Shown here in pieces: positions 40,697 to 52,672 of a stretch of DNA of 64,000 bases. The DNA comes from Saccharolobus solfataricus P2 (GTDB lineage Archaea > Thermoproteota > Thermoprotei_A > Sulfolobales > Sulfolobaceae), in assembly GCF_000007005.1 (NCBI RefSeq), contig NC_002754.1; one strand, 5' to 3'. A program made the translations under genes and the position numbers. Numbering within the stretch: the stretch's first letter is position 1; each line of letters begins with the position of its first letter. A model generated the notes under the pieces. It had not been told where the DNA came from. It made no database searches and was given only the letters and a program-made list of their open reading frames with translations.

Positions 40697-41968
40697 TTAT
40701 TTAACTCCCTCGGAGGTTACTTCTAATGGTTTTTTAGCTGTTTCTTTGCTTAAGAGTATTGAAATTATAAATGCTATTAAACATACTGAACCAAACATTA
40801 TTAAGGAGTTGAAAAACCCCATCTGTTTAGTTAATATTGGAAAGTAGAATACACCAAGAACAGAGCCAACTCTGCTAATTGCAGTAGCAAACCCTTGTCC
40901 AATCGCTCTAACTGGTGTTGGATATAGTTCTGTTGGATAGAATAGGGTTACTGCACCAGCCCACTGCTCTAACGCAACAAATGACATAAAATATGGCACC
41001 AATATTCCTCCAGTAAATTTGTAAATCCCACCTAAGTACAGTAACAACGTCATAAAACCTAGTCCAACTAGTAATACTACTCTTCTTCCTAAAGAGTCGA
41101 CAAGAAGCTCTGCAATAATGTACCCTAAAACAGAAGCTGCAGCTATGGCCAAAGTTCCAAGTACTACTTCGTACTTTGACGGAAATGCAAATTCCTCAAG
41201 TAAAGCTGGATAATATAATCCAATTCCGTAAGCTGCGACGTCAAATAAAAACCAGACACTAGTTACAAAAAATGTAATTTTTAGTAATTTCCCTTTAAAT
41301 AAATCAACCACGCCTCTAACTCCCTTATTCTCTATTTCCCTATTTATTTCCTTAATATTGGCCTTTCCAGTAGAAACGAGCCATCTTGGAGACTCAATTA
41401 ATCTAAGCCTCAGGAGAATTATTGGTACCGATATTAAGGCACCTATAAGGAATACGTACCTCCAGAAGTAACTCCCAGTAGGTAATAAAAATAGCGTCGC
41501 AATCCCTGATATTGCAACACCAACCCAATACATAGCTACTGATCCAGTCAAATATCTTCCCCTAGATCTAGAAGGTGAGAGCTCAGACATTAATGTGCTG
41601 CTTATTGGATAGTCTCCCCCTATTCCTATTCCCAATAATAACCTTGAGATGAAAAGTTCGACAAAATTTTGGGAAATTGCAGTTAAAATACCAAAAACTA
41701 AAAAGAAGAAAAGATCAAGTCCCATTATTTTACTTCTACCCATCTTATCTGATAACCATCCAAACACTATTGATCCAGGTATCATACCGATTAGTGACGC
41801 TGCTAGTAGTAAGCCGTACTTAACTGTTGTTAAGGAAAACTCCTTCAATATTATTGTGGCTGCAAATGATATTGAGTTTAGATCATAACCATCTAGTAAA
41901 AACCCCGCAGAAGTTACTATGAATGTCCTAATTCTTACTGATAGCGGTATGTTGTCGAAGTAGCTCAT
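40697..41968 (-). CDS. MFS transporter (sugar porter / PHS-like)
   Basis: [29 protein letters not shown] and ELYPTPVR motifs. Confidence 0.9.
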   Translation of the reverse strand: MSYFDNIPLSVRIRTFIVTSAGFLLDGYDLNSISFAATIILKEFSLTTVKYGLLLAASLIGMIPGSIVFGWLSDKMGRSKIMGLDLFFFLVFGILTAISQNFVELFISRLLLGIGIGGDYPISSTLMSELSPSRSRGRYLTGSVAMYWVGVAISGIATLFLLPTGSYFWRYVFLIGALISVPIILLRLRLIESPRWLVSTGKANIKEINREIENKGVRGVVDLFKGKLLKITFFVTSVWFLFDVAAYGIGLYYPALLEEFAFPSKYEVVLGTLAIAAASVLGYIIAELLVDSLGRRVVLLVGLGFMTLLLYLGGIYKFTGGILVPYFMSFVALEQWAGAVTLFYPTELYPTPVRAIGQGFATAISRVGSVLGVFYFPILTKQMGFFNSLIMFGSVCLIAFIISILLSKETAKKPLEVTSEGVK

Positions 41969-42021
41969 TAATATTATTTCGTTATTTTATAAAATAAAAG
42001 TGTTTCTATGAGAAAAAGATT

Positions 42022-42894
42022 TTACTTCGAGAGGTATTTCCAAGACAGTACTATACCTATTGTAGATAATATTATGGCAAATAATCCTAGATAGAGAAAG
42101 TCTATAGCAAGATTAGTACTTATTCCCAGTAACATCCCTCTCGCAACCCCATTAGAATACGTTAATGGATTAATGTAGGCTACTGGCTTTAACCAATACG
42201 GCATTGATTTTACTGGATAGAATGCGTTGCTGGTAAAGAGTAATGGTAGGTTTAGTAAATTCATTATAGCCATTTGTGATTCCCAACTAGTAGCTCTCAG
42301 AGCTAGCATTAGAAATAATGAAGATAAGCCGAAGGACATTAGGAACAATGCAGCGTAGACTCCTAGGAAGTCAAGAGGGTTAATTTCTGGTGCAAAAGTC
42401 ATTCCGAGCAGTACTGCAACTACAAGGACAATTGTAGCTTGCACTAATGATCTTATTACCGCAGAAAGTACCTTACCTATTATTATGTTTCCTCTAGGAA
42501 CTGGGGTAGTTAGAATTCTATCAAGTACTCCTAATCTTCTATCCCAAACTATTGACATACCACTCTGCATTGATGTAAATAACACTATGAAAGATAGCAT
42601 CCCTGCAGCTAGGAAGGAGAAGTAATCAGTAGTTCCGAAGGTCTGTTTAAGTATCTCTAAACCTATTTGGTCTAATACTTGCTTTGGTATTGTTAAACCA
42701 GGTATATTAAAGGTGGTTTCTGTGAAGATACTGCCTAAATTCATTGCCTTACCGAATATTCCTATCCAGAATATTGGCTGTATTAATGAAAGGAGGAGTA
42801 TTACGGGTGCCTTATACCACTTCTTCAGTTCCCTAGATGCTAAAGTCCACAAACCGTGGAAAACAGAATAGTTATTTCTTTCTTCCTCTATCAT
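42022..42894 (-). CDS. ABC-2 exporter permease (DrrB-like)
   Basis: SLIQPIFW, DRRLG and INPLTY motifs. Confidence 0.9.
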   Translation of the reverse strand: MIEEERNNYSVFHGLWTLASRELKKWYKAPVILLLSLIQPIFWIGIFGKAMNLGSIFTETTFNIPGLTIPKQVLDQIGLEILKQTFGTTDYFSFLAAGMLSFIVLFTSMQSGMSIVWDRRLGVLDRILTTPVPRGNIIIGKVLSAVIRSLVQATIVLVVAVLLGMTFAPEINPLDFLGVYAALFLMSFGLSSLFLMLALRATSWESQMAIMNLLNLPLLFTSNAFYPVKSMPYWLKPVAYINPLTYSNGVARGMLLGISTNLAIDFLYLGLFAIILSTIGIVLSWKYLSK

Positions 42895-43910
42895 GTTCTG
42901 GCCCTCCTCATAGTTCTTCTAAACGCAAACATTTCTTGAGCACTTGCCTCTTCATCTCTTAGGCTCTTTCCAGTAAACTCCATGTACACTTCATCCATAG
43001 TGGGTTCAGTTATTGACATTCTACTGACCTTAATTCCATTCTTAACCAGAGATTCCAATATCTCGGGGGCTTTCTCCTCACCATTTCTAACCTTAATTCT
43101 AATACCATCACTAGCTTTTCTCACATCCAAGATGCCATCCTTTGATGAAGATATTATCTTAATGGCTAGTTCATCATTACTGGTTTGAAGCGAAACCACA
43201 TCTCCACCAACCTTTTCCTTCAATTCCTTAGGGCTTCCTATTGCCAAGATCTTTCCTTTATCAATGATCGCAATTCTATCTCCGTACATATCCGCCTCTT
43301 CTAAATAATGTGTTGTCACGAAAATTGTCATTTTGTATTCCTCCTTGAGTTTCATTATGTATTGCCATATTGCGGCCCTTGTTTGTGCATCTAAACCTAA
43401 CGTTGGTTCGTCTAAGAACAATATTCTAGGCCTACTTATTAGCGACATTGCAATTTCTAATCTCCTCCTCATTCCACCAGAGTATGTCTCCACTTTTCTC
43501 TTAGCTGCATAGGTTAACTCAACCATCTCAAGTAACTCCTTAGCTCTCTCCTCTGCTATTCTTTTCGGAATTCCATAAAGTCCTGCCATCATCATCATGT
43601 TTTCCCAACCGGTTAAGTCTTCATCTGCTGTGTATTCTTGCGGAACTACACCAATTGATTGTCTAACTAATGCAGGCTGTTTTATTACATCATATCCACT
43701 AACCGTCGCAGTACCCTCAGATGGTTTCAATACTGTAGTTAACATTTTAATTGTAGTTGACTTTCCAGCACCGTTGGGACCTAGAAAACCAAATATTTCT
43801 CCCTCATATACTTCGAAGTTAATGTGATCGACTGCGACAAATTTCCCAAATCTCTTAGTCAGATTTATAGCCTTTATTGCAACATTACGCATTTTTAACA
43901 ACCTCCTCAA
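42891..43910 (-). CDS. ABC exporter ATPase (DrrA-like)
   Basis: GPNGAGKST, YSGGMRRR, FLDEPT and TTHYLEEA motifs. Confidence 0.93.
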   Translation of the reverse strand: MRRLLKMRNVAIKAINLTKRFGKFVAVDHINFEVYEGEIFGFLGPNGAGKSTTIKMLTTVLKPSEGTATVSGYDVIKQPALVRQSIGVVPQEYTADEDLTGWENMMMMAGLYGIPKRIAEERAKELLEMVELTYAAKRKVETYSGGMRRRLEIAMSLISRPRILFLDEPTLGLDAQTRAAIWQYIMKLKEEYKMTIFVTTHYLEEADMYGDRIAIIDKGKILAIGSPKELKEKVGGDVVSLQTSNDELAIKIISSSKDGILDVRKASDGIRIKVRNGEEKAPEILESLVKNGIKVSRMSITEPTMDEVYMEFTGKSLRDEEASAQEMFAFRRTMRRART

Positions 43911-44292
43911 TTTCCTTTATTGCACTAATGATCCGGTGCTTGTATTCGATTAGTTTATTCCTTTCAACTTCTTTAAAGAATTGCGCTAATCCCTCAAGTT
44001 CTTGTACAGAATCCTCAATACTATTAATCTGTTTGATAGGTAAAAATTCCTTAATCTCTTCAGATCCCTTAGCGGTAATCTTGTATTTACCATCTGAAGT
44101 TTTCTCTATGACTCCTTCTTCTTCCATTTTATTAAGGAGTGGATATATGGAACCAGGTGAAGGTTTCCAAAATCCCCACGTCATCTTATTAATATCATCA
44201 ATTATTTCAATACCTCTTCTAGGGGATTGCCACAGCAACCAAAGCGTCATTAATCTTAATCTCCCTTTCTGTCTAGCTATTAACTCGCTCAT
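43885..44292 (-). CDS. PadR family regulator
   Basis: PSPGSIYPLLNKMEEEG...YKITAKG motif. Confidence 0.92.
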   Translation of the reverse strand: MSELIARQKGRLRLMTLWLLWQSPRRGIEIIDDINKMTWGFWKPSPGSIYPLLNKMEEEGVIEKTSDGKYKITAKGSEEIKEFLPIKQINSIEDSVQELEGLAQFFKEVERNKLIEYKHRIISAIKEIEEVVKNA

Positions 44293-44352
44293 ACTATCAG
44301 TTTCGATAGTAATAAATTTAAATTTGCCGGATTATCAGTTTCGATAGTAATA
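44293..44352. promoter_or_regulatory. Two palindromic operator copies flanking the padR TATA box
   Basis: ACTATCAGTTTCGATAGTAATA at 44293 and ATTATCAGTTTCGATAGTAATA at 44331, with TTTAAA between them. Confidence 0.8.
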
Positions 44353-44789
44353 GTTATAGACGTTTACGTTTGTCCTAACAATAATTTAAAATATATTATA
44401 AATATATTATAATTTATTATTTCTTTATTATTTTATTTTCTGATTTTAATGTCGTCTTATTCTCATACTAAATAGGAGGAAAGAAATTTCGATCTATAAT
44501 GTATAGATAATTATGATTTAATTATAGAACTATCATCGTTAAAAGAGTATAAGTATTACTTTACGTAAATTTATCTCAAATCCCTTAAACCTTAAATACC
44601 AAGATAGATTCTCCTCAAGGAGATTTAAGTAATCGTAAATAGTTAGAGCGTAAATAGTATAAATACACCTTATTTTATAATTGGAAAGATTAAACATTAT
44701 ATATCATACATCATTTCCAAGAGACTACTATATGAGGTTAGTACTTAACTACCCCGATAATGGGGCGGACAAGGATAAATGGAGAAAAG

Positions 44790-44870
44790 TTCAGTGACTT
44801 CGGTGAAGCCCAAGGTCTGAGGATTAATATTAAATATTATGAAATCCCATGAAGCCAAAACCCTTTTACC
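44790..44870 (+). mobile_element. Orphan IS200/IS605 3'-end (omegaRNA-like) remnant
   Basis: GGTCTGAG-hairpin-ATGAAATCCCATGAAGCC, with a right-end-like ACTACCCCG...GGGGCGG nearby. Confidence 0.4.
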
Positions 44871-45024
44871 ACTTTAATTAGTTAAAAATAAAAACTTATC
44901 ATGAGCCCAGTGACTCATCCTTGAAGTGTGCGTTCCATATACTAATTCAAAAACTTTTGTAATCGAGTTATTTCTTGAATAAAAGTATAATCTAAATCTA
45001 ATAAAGATAAACTTTAATAGTATG

Positions 45025-45047
45025 GGTACCCATATTTCACGGGTACC
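45025..45047. promoter_or_regulatory. Paired GGTACC palindromes 17 bp apart upstream of the second AAA ATPase gene
   Basis: ATGGGTACCCAT-ATTTC-ACGGGTACCCATG, directly before ATG 45049. Confidence 0.65.
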
Positions 45048-45048
45048 C

Positions 45049-46209
45049 ATGAAATTCATCTTCGGTAAACCAGTTGACGAACCTTTTGATAGGGAGAATG
45101 AGATAAAACAGTTAGTTGAAATGATGAATAGAAGACAACCAGTTGCAATCATTGGCGTTAGAAGGATAGGAAAGACTTCCGTAATTTTAAAAAGTTTAAA
45201 AATTATTGAGACTCCGAAAGTCTATCTCTCTGTAGAGGACTTTATAGAAGGTAAAAGTTTTGACCTAGTCTCATTTCTATCATTATATTCATCACTTCTA
45301 ATAACCAATACCTTGAATTACGTGGACCCAAAAAGGAAAATATCTCAAATAGTTAAGCAGAAGGGTAAGGAATTACTTGATAAGTTAAGAGAACTAATAG
45401 GGTATGTTAAGCTCTCGTTTAATATTAATCTTGTAGAAGTAGAAGTATTTCTTAATAGCGTAAAAAGAGGGGGTGTTAAGGAGTCAATTCCACAAGTTTT
45501 AGAATTACCGGAAAGGCTTGCTGAAGAGTTTGGGTTAAATACTATCGTAGTTGCCATTGATGAGTTCCAGTACTTAAAACTAGCGTCTCAAAATTATCCT
45601 GGGATTTTCCACTTATTAAGGAGTAAGTGGCAATTTCATAATAAAGTATCATATGTGATTTCCGGTTCCTCAGTAGGTCTTTTAGAAAAAATATTCTACG
45701 ATAAAAAGGAACCATTTTACCAATTTTTCTTTCCAATTTATGTAAAACAGTTTGATAAGAATACCTCGTTTAATTTCTTAAAGCAAGGCTTTAGAGACGA
45801 GGGAAAGGACTATGAGGATAACGCTCTATTACTTGCTATAGAAGAGCTGGATGGTATTCCTGCTTGGCTTAACTATTTCGGATTAAAGAGTTTGCAGTGT
45901 AATGAGGTTACATCAGAATGTGCTAAGAAAGTAATTGAAGATATAACATTTAACGACCCTATTGTAAGGGGAATAATTCAAGAGGAGTACAACAAATTAG
46001 GAAAGAATGCTAGAATCATATTGAAATACCTAGCAGAGAAAGGTGGTAAAGGTGATCTAAAGGGTTTGGAGTTAAGTAGGGCGAGTATAAATGAAGGATT
46101 GAAGAGCTTATTAGGTAGTGGTTACATCGTTAAAGAAGAAAGAGGTAAGTATGCTATTATTGATCCGGTAATTGTTAAGGTTTTAAAAAGCTCTACGCAA
46201 ATTATTTAA
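45049..46209 (+). CDS. Archaeal AAA+ ATPase with wHTH (paralogue of 326..1408)
   Basis: GVRRIGKTS, AIDEFQ and ISGS motifs. The start is placed at MKFIFG by homology to MVKFIFG (the ORF track starts at 45022). Confidence 0.85.
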   Translation: MKFIFGKPVDEPFDRENEIKQLVEMMNRRQPVAIIGVRRIGKTSVILKSLKIIETPKVYLSVEDFIEGKSFDLVSFLSLYSSLLITNTLNYVDPKRKISQIVKQKGKELLDKLRELIGYVKLSFNINLVEVEVFLNSVKRGGVKESIPQVLELPERLAEEFGLNTIVVAIDEFQYLKLASQNYPGIFHLLRSKWQFHNKVSYVISGSSVGLLEKIFYDKKEPFYQFFFPIYVKQFDKNTSFNFLKQGFRDEGKDYEDNALLLAIEELDGIPAWLNYFGLKSLQCNEVTSECAKKVIEDITFNDPIVRGIIQEEYNKLGKNARIILKYLAEKGGKGDLKGLELSRASINEGLKSLLGSGYIVKEERGKYAIIDPVIVKVLKSSTQII

Positions 46210-46237
46210 GACAATTTGCGTTTAAATTCTACTTGTC

Positions 46238-46660
46238 ATGGAGGACCCCATTAAAGCAATTGAAGAAATTTTTAAGAAGGCTGATCAAATTTTTAAATTT
46301 CTAGATGTAAAGGTGATTAATTTGGAAAAAGGTAGAGCAGTTGTGGAGATACCATATAAAGAAGAATTTACCAGAAGAGGCGGTGTTCTACATGGTGGTA
46401 TTATTATGTCCGCAATTGATATTACTGGAGGTCTCGCTGCACTTACGGTAAATGATGCCATGGATCAAGTGACCCAGGAACTTAAGATCAACTTTTTAGA
46501 ACCAATGTACAAGGGACCGTTCACAATTGAAGGTAAGGTTCTTAGAAAAGGTAGTACAGTAATAGTCGTCGAAATAGAGTTTAAGGACGCAGACGGGAAA
46601 TTGGGTGCTAAGGCTATAGGTTCATGGTATATTTTGAGAACCAAGGTACAAGCAAAGTAG
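46238..46660 (+). CDS. PaaI-like hot-dog thioesterase
   Basis: [13 protein letters not shown] and INFLEP motifs. Confidence 0.9.
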   Translation: MEDPIKAIEEIFKKADQIFKFLDVKVINLEKGRAVVEIPYKEEFTRRGGVLHGGIIMSAIDITGGLAALTVNDAMDQVTQELKINFLEPMYKGPFTIEGKVLRKGSTVIVVEIEFKDADGKLGAKAIGSWYILRTKVQAK

Positions 46661-46667
46661 CACACTT

Positions 46668-48377
46668 TTATTGTTCCTCTAGTTTCTTAAGGAATATTAA
46701 GGCCGGAAGTAATATATCTATTGCGTCACTTACCTTATATATAGCGTGGCCGAGGTTCGGTATCACATGAAATTCGTAAGTCTTGCCGGTTCTTTGCAAT
46801 TCTTGTATATATCTCATTACTGGATTTAATGGAGTTCTAGTATCGTTTTGAGAGTGAATTATGCATAGGGGTACTTTGACGTTCCTAACATAGGTGATAG
46901 GAGACCTTTCCTTCATTAAATCAATATTCTTACCATTAAATAGTATCTCCATGAACCCCCTAAACAAGGAATCAGAGAGATCATACATCTCAACCCAATC
47001 CGCTACAGCCGCACCAGCAATACCGAAATCCCACTTATCTGGTTCTTTTCCTACTGCCAATAAAGTCATATATCCACCATAACTATAACCCATTATTCCT
47101 ACTTTATTTGTAATTCCAGTCTCTATTGCGTAATCCCTTACCTTTACCACGTCTCTTAAATCACCGCCTCCAGCATCTCCAATATTCATGAACATGAATT
47201 TACTCCCATATCCCGTCGATCCCCTATAGTTAGGTGCAATTACATTATATCCAGCTAATACTAGAGGTGCAATTAGTAAATTCCAGCTATTATCAACCTC
47301 AGACCAAGGGCCTCCATGAATATAAATTATTGTATTACCCGGAATTTTCCTCTTTATAACCCAAGTAGGTACTTCAACATCCGTCTTTACCTTAACATAC
47401 TCTACCTCACCCACATCAACCTTCCTATTATCTACAACCACCTCAATCTTCCCATATCTACTTACCTTGTATATCTTATGTGGCGACACTAAGGAGGAAT
47501 GGGAAAAGTATATTTCGTCGCCAATTCTGGTAGCGCCACTAATTGTACCTTTAGGGGTGTTAATTTCTTTACCGTTGTCAAATAGTCTGGATTCACCATC
47601 CTTCTTTGCTATTATTAACAAATCCTCAGGGTCATAATATATTTCTATTGCCTTAAATTCGAATCCAGGGATCTCAACTCTATCGTACTTCTTACTCTCT
47701 ATATCATATATGTAAATCCAGTAAGATTCCCCTGGTGTTTCGTAATCGCTTATTAAGTAAACTTTATTTCCCATTAGATAGTAAGCGTTGGTTACACTTC
47801 CTTCCTTTGGTGTTAATATCTCAATATTCCCACTAAAATCTGCTATGAAGAACTCCTGTGATCTTGGATTTCCCTTCAATACCCCTGAACCTATAATATA
47901 TTTTTCATTGACATCGGTAACAAATGAGAAGGGTGGTATGGTAGTCAGTTTACTTAATTTCCCATTTTCAATAACATATAATGAGGTTTCATTTTGTGAA
48001 GAGCCAGTGAATACTATTCGCTTATCATCGTAGGTCAGTGATGAAATTCTAACCCTTGGCGATTCAATCTGAAATTCCTCTCCTTTCAAATTTGCTATAT
48101 GTATTGCATGAATTTCTTTCCCCTTTTCAACGTCTCTTGCAAAGGGTATAAAGTCTAGGCTTGATTTTGGTCTAGTTGAAATTGCTATTGGCGATTTTGT
48201 TAACTTTACATTCTTTCCACCTATTAGAGCATAGATGCTTATTTCTCCCTCAGATGTTGCCAAATATATTAAATTATTCTTTAACTTACCTAATATGGCA
48301 TAAAATGGAATTCTTACCGTTTCCTCTAACAGCTTTATTAGTTCTGAGTACTCCATATAGTGGAATTGTATTTGCAA
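46668..48377 (-). CDS. Acylaminoacyl-peptidase (S9 family)
   Basis: IHGGP, NYRGSTGYG, GYSYGG nucleophile, NDTRT and GH motifs. Confidence 0.92.
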   Translation of the reverse strand: MQIQFHYMEYSELIKLLEETVRIPFYAILGKLKNNLIYLATSEGEISIYALIGGKNVKLTKSPIAISTRPKSSLDFIPFARDVEKGKEIHAIHIANLKGEEFQIESPRVRISSLTYDDKRIVFTGSSQNETSLYVIENGKLSKLTTIPPFSFVTDVNEKYIIGSGVLKGNPRSQEFFIADFSGNIEILTPKEGSVTNAYYLMGNKVYLISDYETPGESYWIYIYDIESKKYDRVEIPGFEFKAIEIYYDPEDLLIIAKKDGESRLFDNGKEINTPKGTISGATRIGDEIYFSHSSLVSPHKIYKVSRYGKIEVVVDNRKVDVGEVEYVKVKTDVEVPTWVIKRKIPGNTIIYIHGGPWSEVDNSWNLLIAPLVLAGYNVIAPNYRGSTGYGSKFMFMNIGDAGGGDLRDVVKVRDYAIETGITNKVGIMGYSYGGYMTLLAVGKEPDKWDFGIAGAAVADWVEMYDLSDSLFRGFMEILFNGKNIDLMKERSPITYVRNVKVPLCIIHSQNDTRTPLNPVMRYIQELQRTGKTYEFHVIPNLGHAIYKVSDAIDILLPALIFLKKLEEQ

Positions 48378-48711
48378 TATATATATTAATATCTTTTTAT
48401 AACACTAATGCTTTCAGAAAGTTTATAGCTTTAGGCAAAGGATATACCACTAGATCATAGTCTAAGAACTTTTCCAAAATACCAACGGTTTGTGAACTTG
48501 TTGAATTTTCCAGAAGAGTTAGAAGGATCACAAAGCTAAATTGAACATCTCAACATTAGTTGAAATAAAGGTAATGAGTTTGGACAACGATTTTGTTAAT
48601 TGACGATAAACTATAAATAAAAGACTTGAAATAAAAAGAGAATTATTATTTGACAAAATGAAGACAAGTCTCGAATGAGAGTGTTTGGATCCTTTTATAA
48701 GGCCTAAAAAG

Positions 48712-49041
48712 TTATTTCTTCAACTTATCTTCTATATATTCTATAATTTCCGCTATATTCTGGGTTGATTCATCGTTATTGAAGGTCTTATTTAAATCAC
48801 TACTCTTTATTATAATATGTCGTAATTTTTCATCGCAGTAGAAAAGTTCTATTTTTAAGTCCTTATAGATGTATTCATCTACTTTAATTATTCCCTCGTA
48901 GACATAACTCCTAACCTTAAATATGTTAGTTTTTGCCCTTAAGAAGTCTTCAACTTCTTTTAGGGTATTTTTATTTTCCATAATTACTATACTATGGAGT
49001 GAGGATTTTATATCTATTATTTTTGATAGAAACCTCATCAC
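48712..49041 (-). CDS. Hypothetical protein
   Basis: 109-aa ORF immediately downstream of the ISC1316 right end. Confidence 0.5.
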   Translation of the reverse strand: MMRFLSKIIDIKSSLHSIVIMENKNTLKEVEDFLRAKTNIFKVRSYVYEGIIKVDEYIYKDLKIELFYCDEKLRHIIIKSSDLNKTFNNDESTQNIAEIIEYIEDKLKK

Positions 49042-49063
49042 TATCGTACTTATTATAGACGTG

Positions 49064-50394
49064 GTGAGCTACCCCCTCATAAATGAGGGAGCTTCCTGCT
49101 TCACAGCTCTGCCATGCCAGTACCGAAGTGCTGGTACTGGTAGAGGGCGGAGCTCCACAGGCACTAAGGGTCGCTCCTACCCCGATCCACGTAAGATGTT
49201 AAGAGAAGCATTATAGTCACGATCTGCAATCCAACCACAGTTGGGACAAACGAAAACACGATCAGATAGAGACAGATCTTCTTTTACGTACCCGCACTTA
49301 GCACAAGTTTTGGAAGTGTATGCTGGGTTGACCAGGATGAGTTTCTTACCGTATTTCTCCAACTGATACTTAATCAAATCTCTAAGCTCGCTGAACGCGA
49401 CGTCACTCAATCTCCTCCTCAGAGACCTTAATGACTTACCTATCAACTGCTTAACATGAATACCCTCCATGACTGCAACATCGTAATGCTCAGCAAACCA
49501 TTTACCCAACTTCATGTAAAGATCCCTCCTCAAGTTCTTCAAATGCTCATAAGCCCTAGCAAGCTTAACCTTAGCCTTAAACCAATTATTAGAGAGGAAC
49601 TTCTTTCTTGAAAGTTCTCTGTGTAGATGCTTCACTTTCCATAACGCCTTTTCAAGAGGTCTCAGATTGGGGAAATATTCACCATCCGACGTTACGATCA
49701 GCTTCTCTATGCCAACATCTATCGCCACTTCCTTACCAGTGTTAGGTAACTTGGGGAATTCGTGATCAACTACGAAAGTGATGTAAATCCTCTCAGATCT
49801 TGTTAGCTTCACTACCATTCTCTTTACTTTGTCAAGGGGAAAGTCTCGGTGAACTATTACCTTGAACGTACCAAGATTTGATAGTTTAAGCGTTATTAGT
49901 TTCTTCTTATTCTTCTTGCTTCCTTTTTCTTATTTCTCTAACTTGAAGTATTTTCCAACCGTACTGGGGATAGACAAGGGAGTAGTATTTGTGAGGTTTC
50001 TTTTCTTTCGGGAAACGTGCTAAACCTTCGAAAAACCTCTGTCTAGCTTCGTAGTAACGGTCAGCTATTTGTTGAACTACTTGCGAGTAGAGTTGCTTAT
50101 ACTCATCATCTTGTTTTCTCAGATCTAGAGCCAACTGTCTTAACTCAGTTTGTGTTAGTCCTTTCCCATCCCTCTGATAGAAATAGATGTCTGCCCACCT
50201 TAAGGTGTTGTAGATTTTGCACGCTAACTTCAACTGGGCTTTTAACGCCCTAAGGGTTTGTTCGTCAGCGTAAGCACGAAAGCGAAACCCTAAGGTGGGC
50301 ATTGATGTGTATTTCGTTATTTTCCTATTTTAACTTTTCTACAAAGGGATCCATCTCAAAGAGAAGTTTTCCGCCCCCTTTGAACCCCCGTCTG
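49064..50394 (-). mobile_element. Second ISC1316-like element
   Basis: Same ends as 25998..27306 in reverse orientation; also preceded by TTATAA. Confidence 0.9.
49177..50302 (-). pseudogene. tnpB: tnpB with an extra A in an A-run (~49925) and an early TAG near the C-terminus
   Basis: Two ORFs matching the 26091..27301 protein. Confidence 0.9.
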
Positions 50395-50474
50395 TTATAA
50401 TTAGTGTAATTGTTAATGACAGTCCTCACGGTTGTAGGAGTAGTGATACTATTAATGTCCCAAACCCCTTCCTA

Positions 50475-51913
50475 CAGTGGTGTTTCACCAATTTTACTCA
50501 AAATGATACAATTTCTATGGAAGAGAAAAATATCAGAGCGGAGTTAGAAAAATCGGCTTATTTCAACACAAGAAGCAAAAAATTTTCATATTTGTTGAAG
50601 AAACTAACAGAAAACGAGTTTATATATAAAGAGTAATACCATTTGTCTAGTATTATCAATAGAGGAAAGTAGGTGGAAGGACGAGATGAACAAGAAAAGG
50701 TTAAAGCGAGGGACTCCATAACTCCGTTATGCAAACCATACAAGTATCCAAAACGGAGCTGAAGTCCCTCGCTATAAATTTAGCAACAAACAATATTAAC
50801 GTTATCTCTCAAGATCTAGACCCGGAAATAGTGAAAGCAGCACCATCCTTGCTAACCGGAAACAGAGGAAAATACTACTTGAAGGTAGTAAGACGAGGCG
50901 AGAAAGTAATTAGTAAAGGTCAGAGAACCTTCAAGTTCTACCCAATCTACAGAGAAGTAAAGGGAGAGATCAACGTAGTCGCTGTAGATGAGACCGGATT
51001 AACCGTGGGAGAAAAGGAACAAGAAAAAGCAGAGGGCTTTCTACTCTACAACTGGAAGAGAAAAGGAGTAAAGATGAGATCCTTGGACCTCGTATATCCC
51101 TTAAGGTTACCCCTCCTAGTGGAGGTAGCAGATTTGAGAAGCGACAGTCCATCACAGTTCCTACTCAGGAGCGTGAGGGAAGTAAGCCAATACATGGAAA
51201 TAGATTACGTTGTAGCTGACGCCGGATTCTTGAACCTAGGGGTCATCAAGGAAATGCCCGTGAAGACCATTGTGAGAGGAAAGTCGAACTTGAAGGGATT
51301 CAAGGAACTATCTAACGTTCCATTAGTTGAGAAGAGATACGAGGTTAAGGACAAGGTTTACGTTGCGTATAGGGTCTTGGAATTTGAAGGGCTTTATTAT
51401 TACGATGTGGTTTACGTTAAGGGAAAGCCGAGGCACTTCATGTTCGTAACGAACTTCGAGGGAGATCCCTATGAACTGGCTGAACTCTATAGGTTGAGGT
51501 GGCAGGTTGAGGAGGGTTTTAAGGTTAGGAAGGCAAGGATAAGGTATGTTAGGAAGTTGAGTAATAAGATCTTCTTGTTCCTCTATTATACGGTTCTGGA
51601 TTCTGCGTGGAATCTAGTGAATCATCTTCTCTTTAACTTCAAGTCCACGTGTAAGAAGGTTTTGTCCTTCGATTCATTCGTCAAGCTTCTCTAACTTTCT
51701 CGGTGTTCAGAGGAGACTATGCACGTCGTTTTCACCACGTGAGAAAAATTCAGAATTCTCCTCTTATTATTAGAATTGTACGCTATATTTTTTGCAAATT
51801 ATTTTAACATGTTATGTTTCATAATAATTTTATTGTTTTTCTCTATATCAATCTCTTTTTGAAAGTGCTAATATTATATCTTTCAAATGAAATAATTTGG
51901 TGAAACACCACTG
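50475..51913 (+). mobile_element. ISC1439, second copy, no target-site duplication
   Basis: 1439 bp with the same TIRs. Flanks CCCTTCCTA and GAGGTTGCC differ. Confidence 0.95.
50729..51694 (+). CDS. ISC1439 DDE transposase
   Basis: Nearly identical to 22279..23244. Confidence 0.93.
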   Translation: MQTIQVSKTELKSLAINLATNNINVISQDLDPEIVKAAPSLLTGNRGKYYLKVVRRGEKVISKGQRTFKFYPIYREVKGEINVVAVDETGLTVGEKEQEKAEGFLLYNWKRKGVKMRSLDLVYPLRLPLLVEVADLRSDSPSQFLLRSVREVSQYMEIDYVVADAGFLNLGVIKEMPVKTIVRGKSNLKGFKELSNVPLVEKRYEVKDKVYVAYRVLEFEGLYYYDVVYVKGKPRHFMFVTNFEGDPYELAELYRLRWQVEEGFKVRKARIRYVRKLSNKIFLFLYYTVLDSAWNLVNHLLFNFKSTCKKVLSFDSFVKLL

Positions 51914-52128
51914 GAGGTTGCCTTCTTGCTTGAATGTGAAATTAGCAAATTATAACCTAGGGAGGCATTCTGACCTGTAAGGGATTAGGAGAATCACTCA
52001 ATAAGAATATTAGCTGAAAATATAAGTAGTCTCCATGTTATTTGATGTTGTATTAGGTCACCATGAGAAGACACTATCAAGATACAGATACTGTTATAAA
52101 GAAAGATTTATATAGAACTATAATGTAG

Positions 52129-52575
<447 letters not shown>

Positions 52576-52672
52576 AAAAGAGGAGAAAAAAGGTGAAATT
52601 TTTTTAATACAATCTTTCTAACTTTAGAGAAATTTTTAACCCTAATCCATATAAACATTATTATTTAAGCCT

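Noticed and set aside
49910-49935. Programmed frameshift in the second tnpB
   Set aside because: It needs a +1 shift, there is no in-frame XXXYYYZ heptamer, the other copy lacks the extra A, and the gene has a further premature stop.
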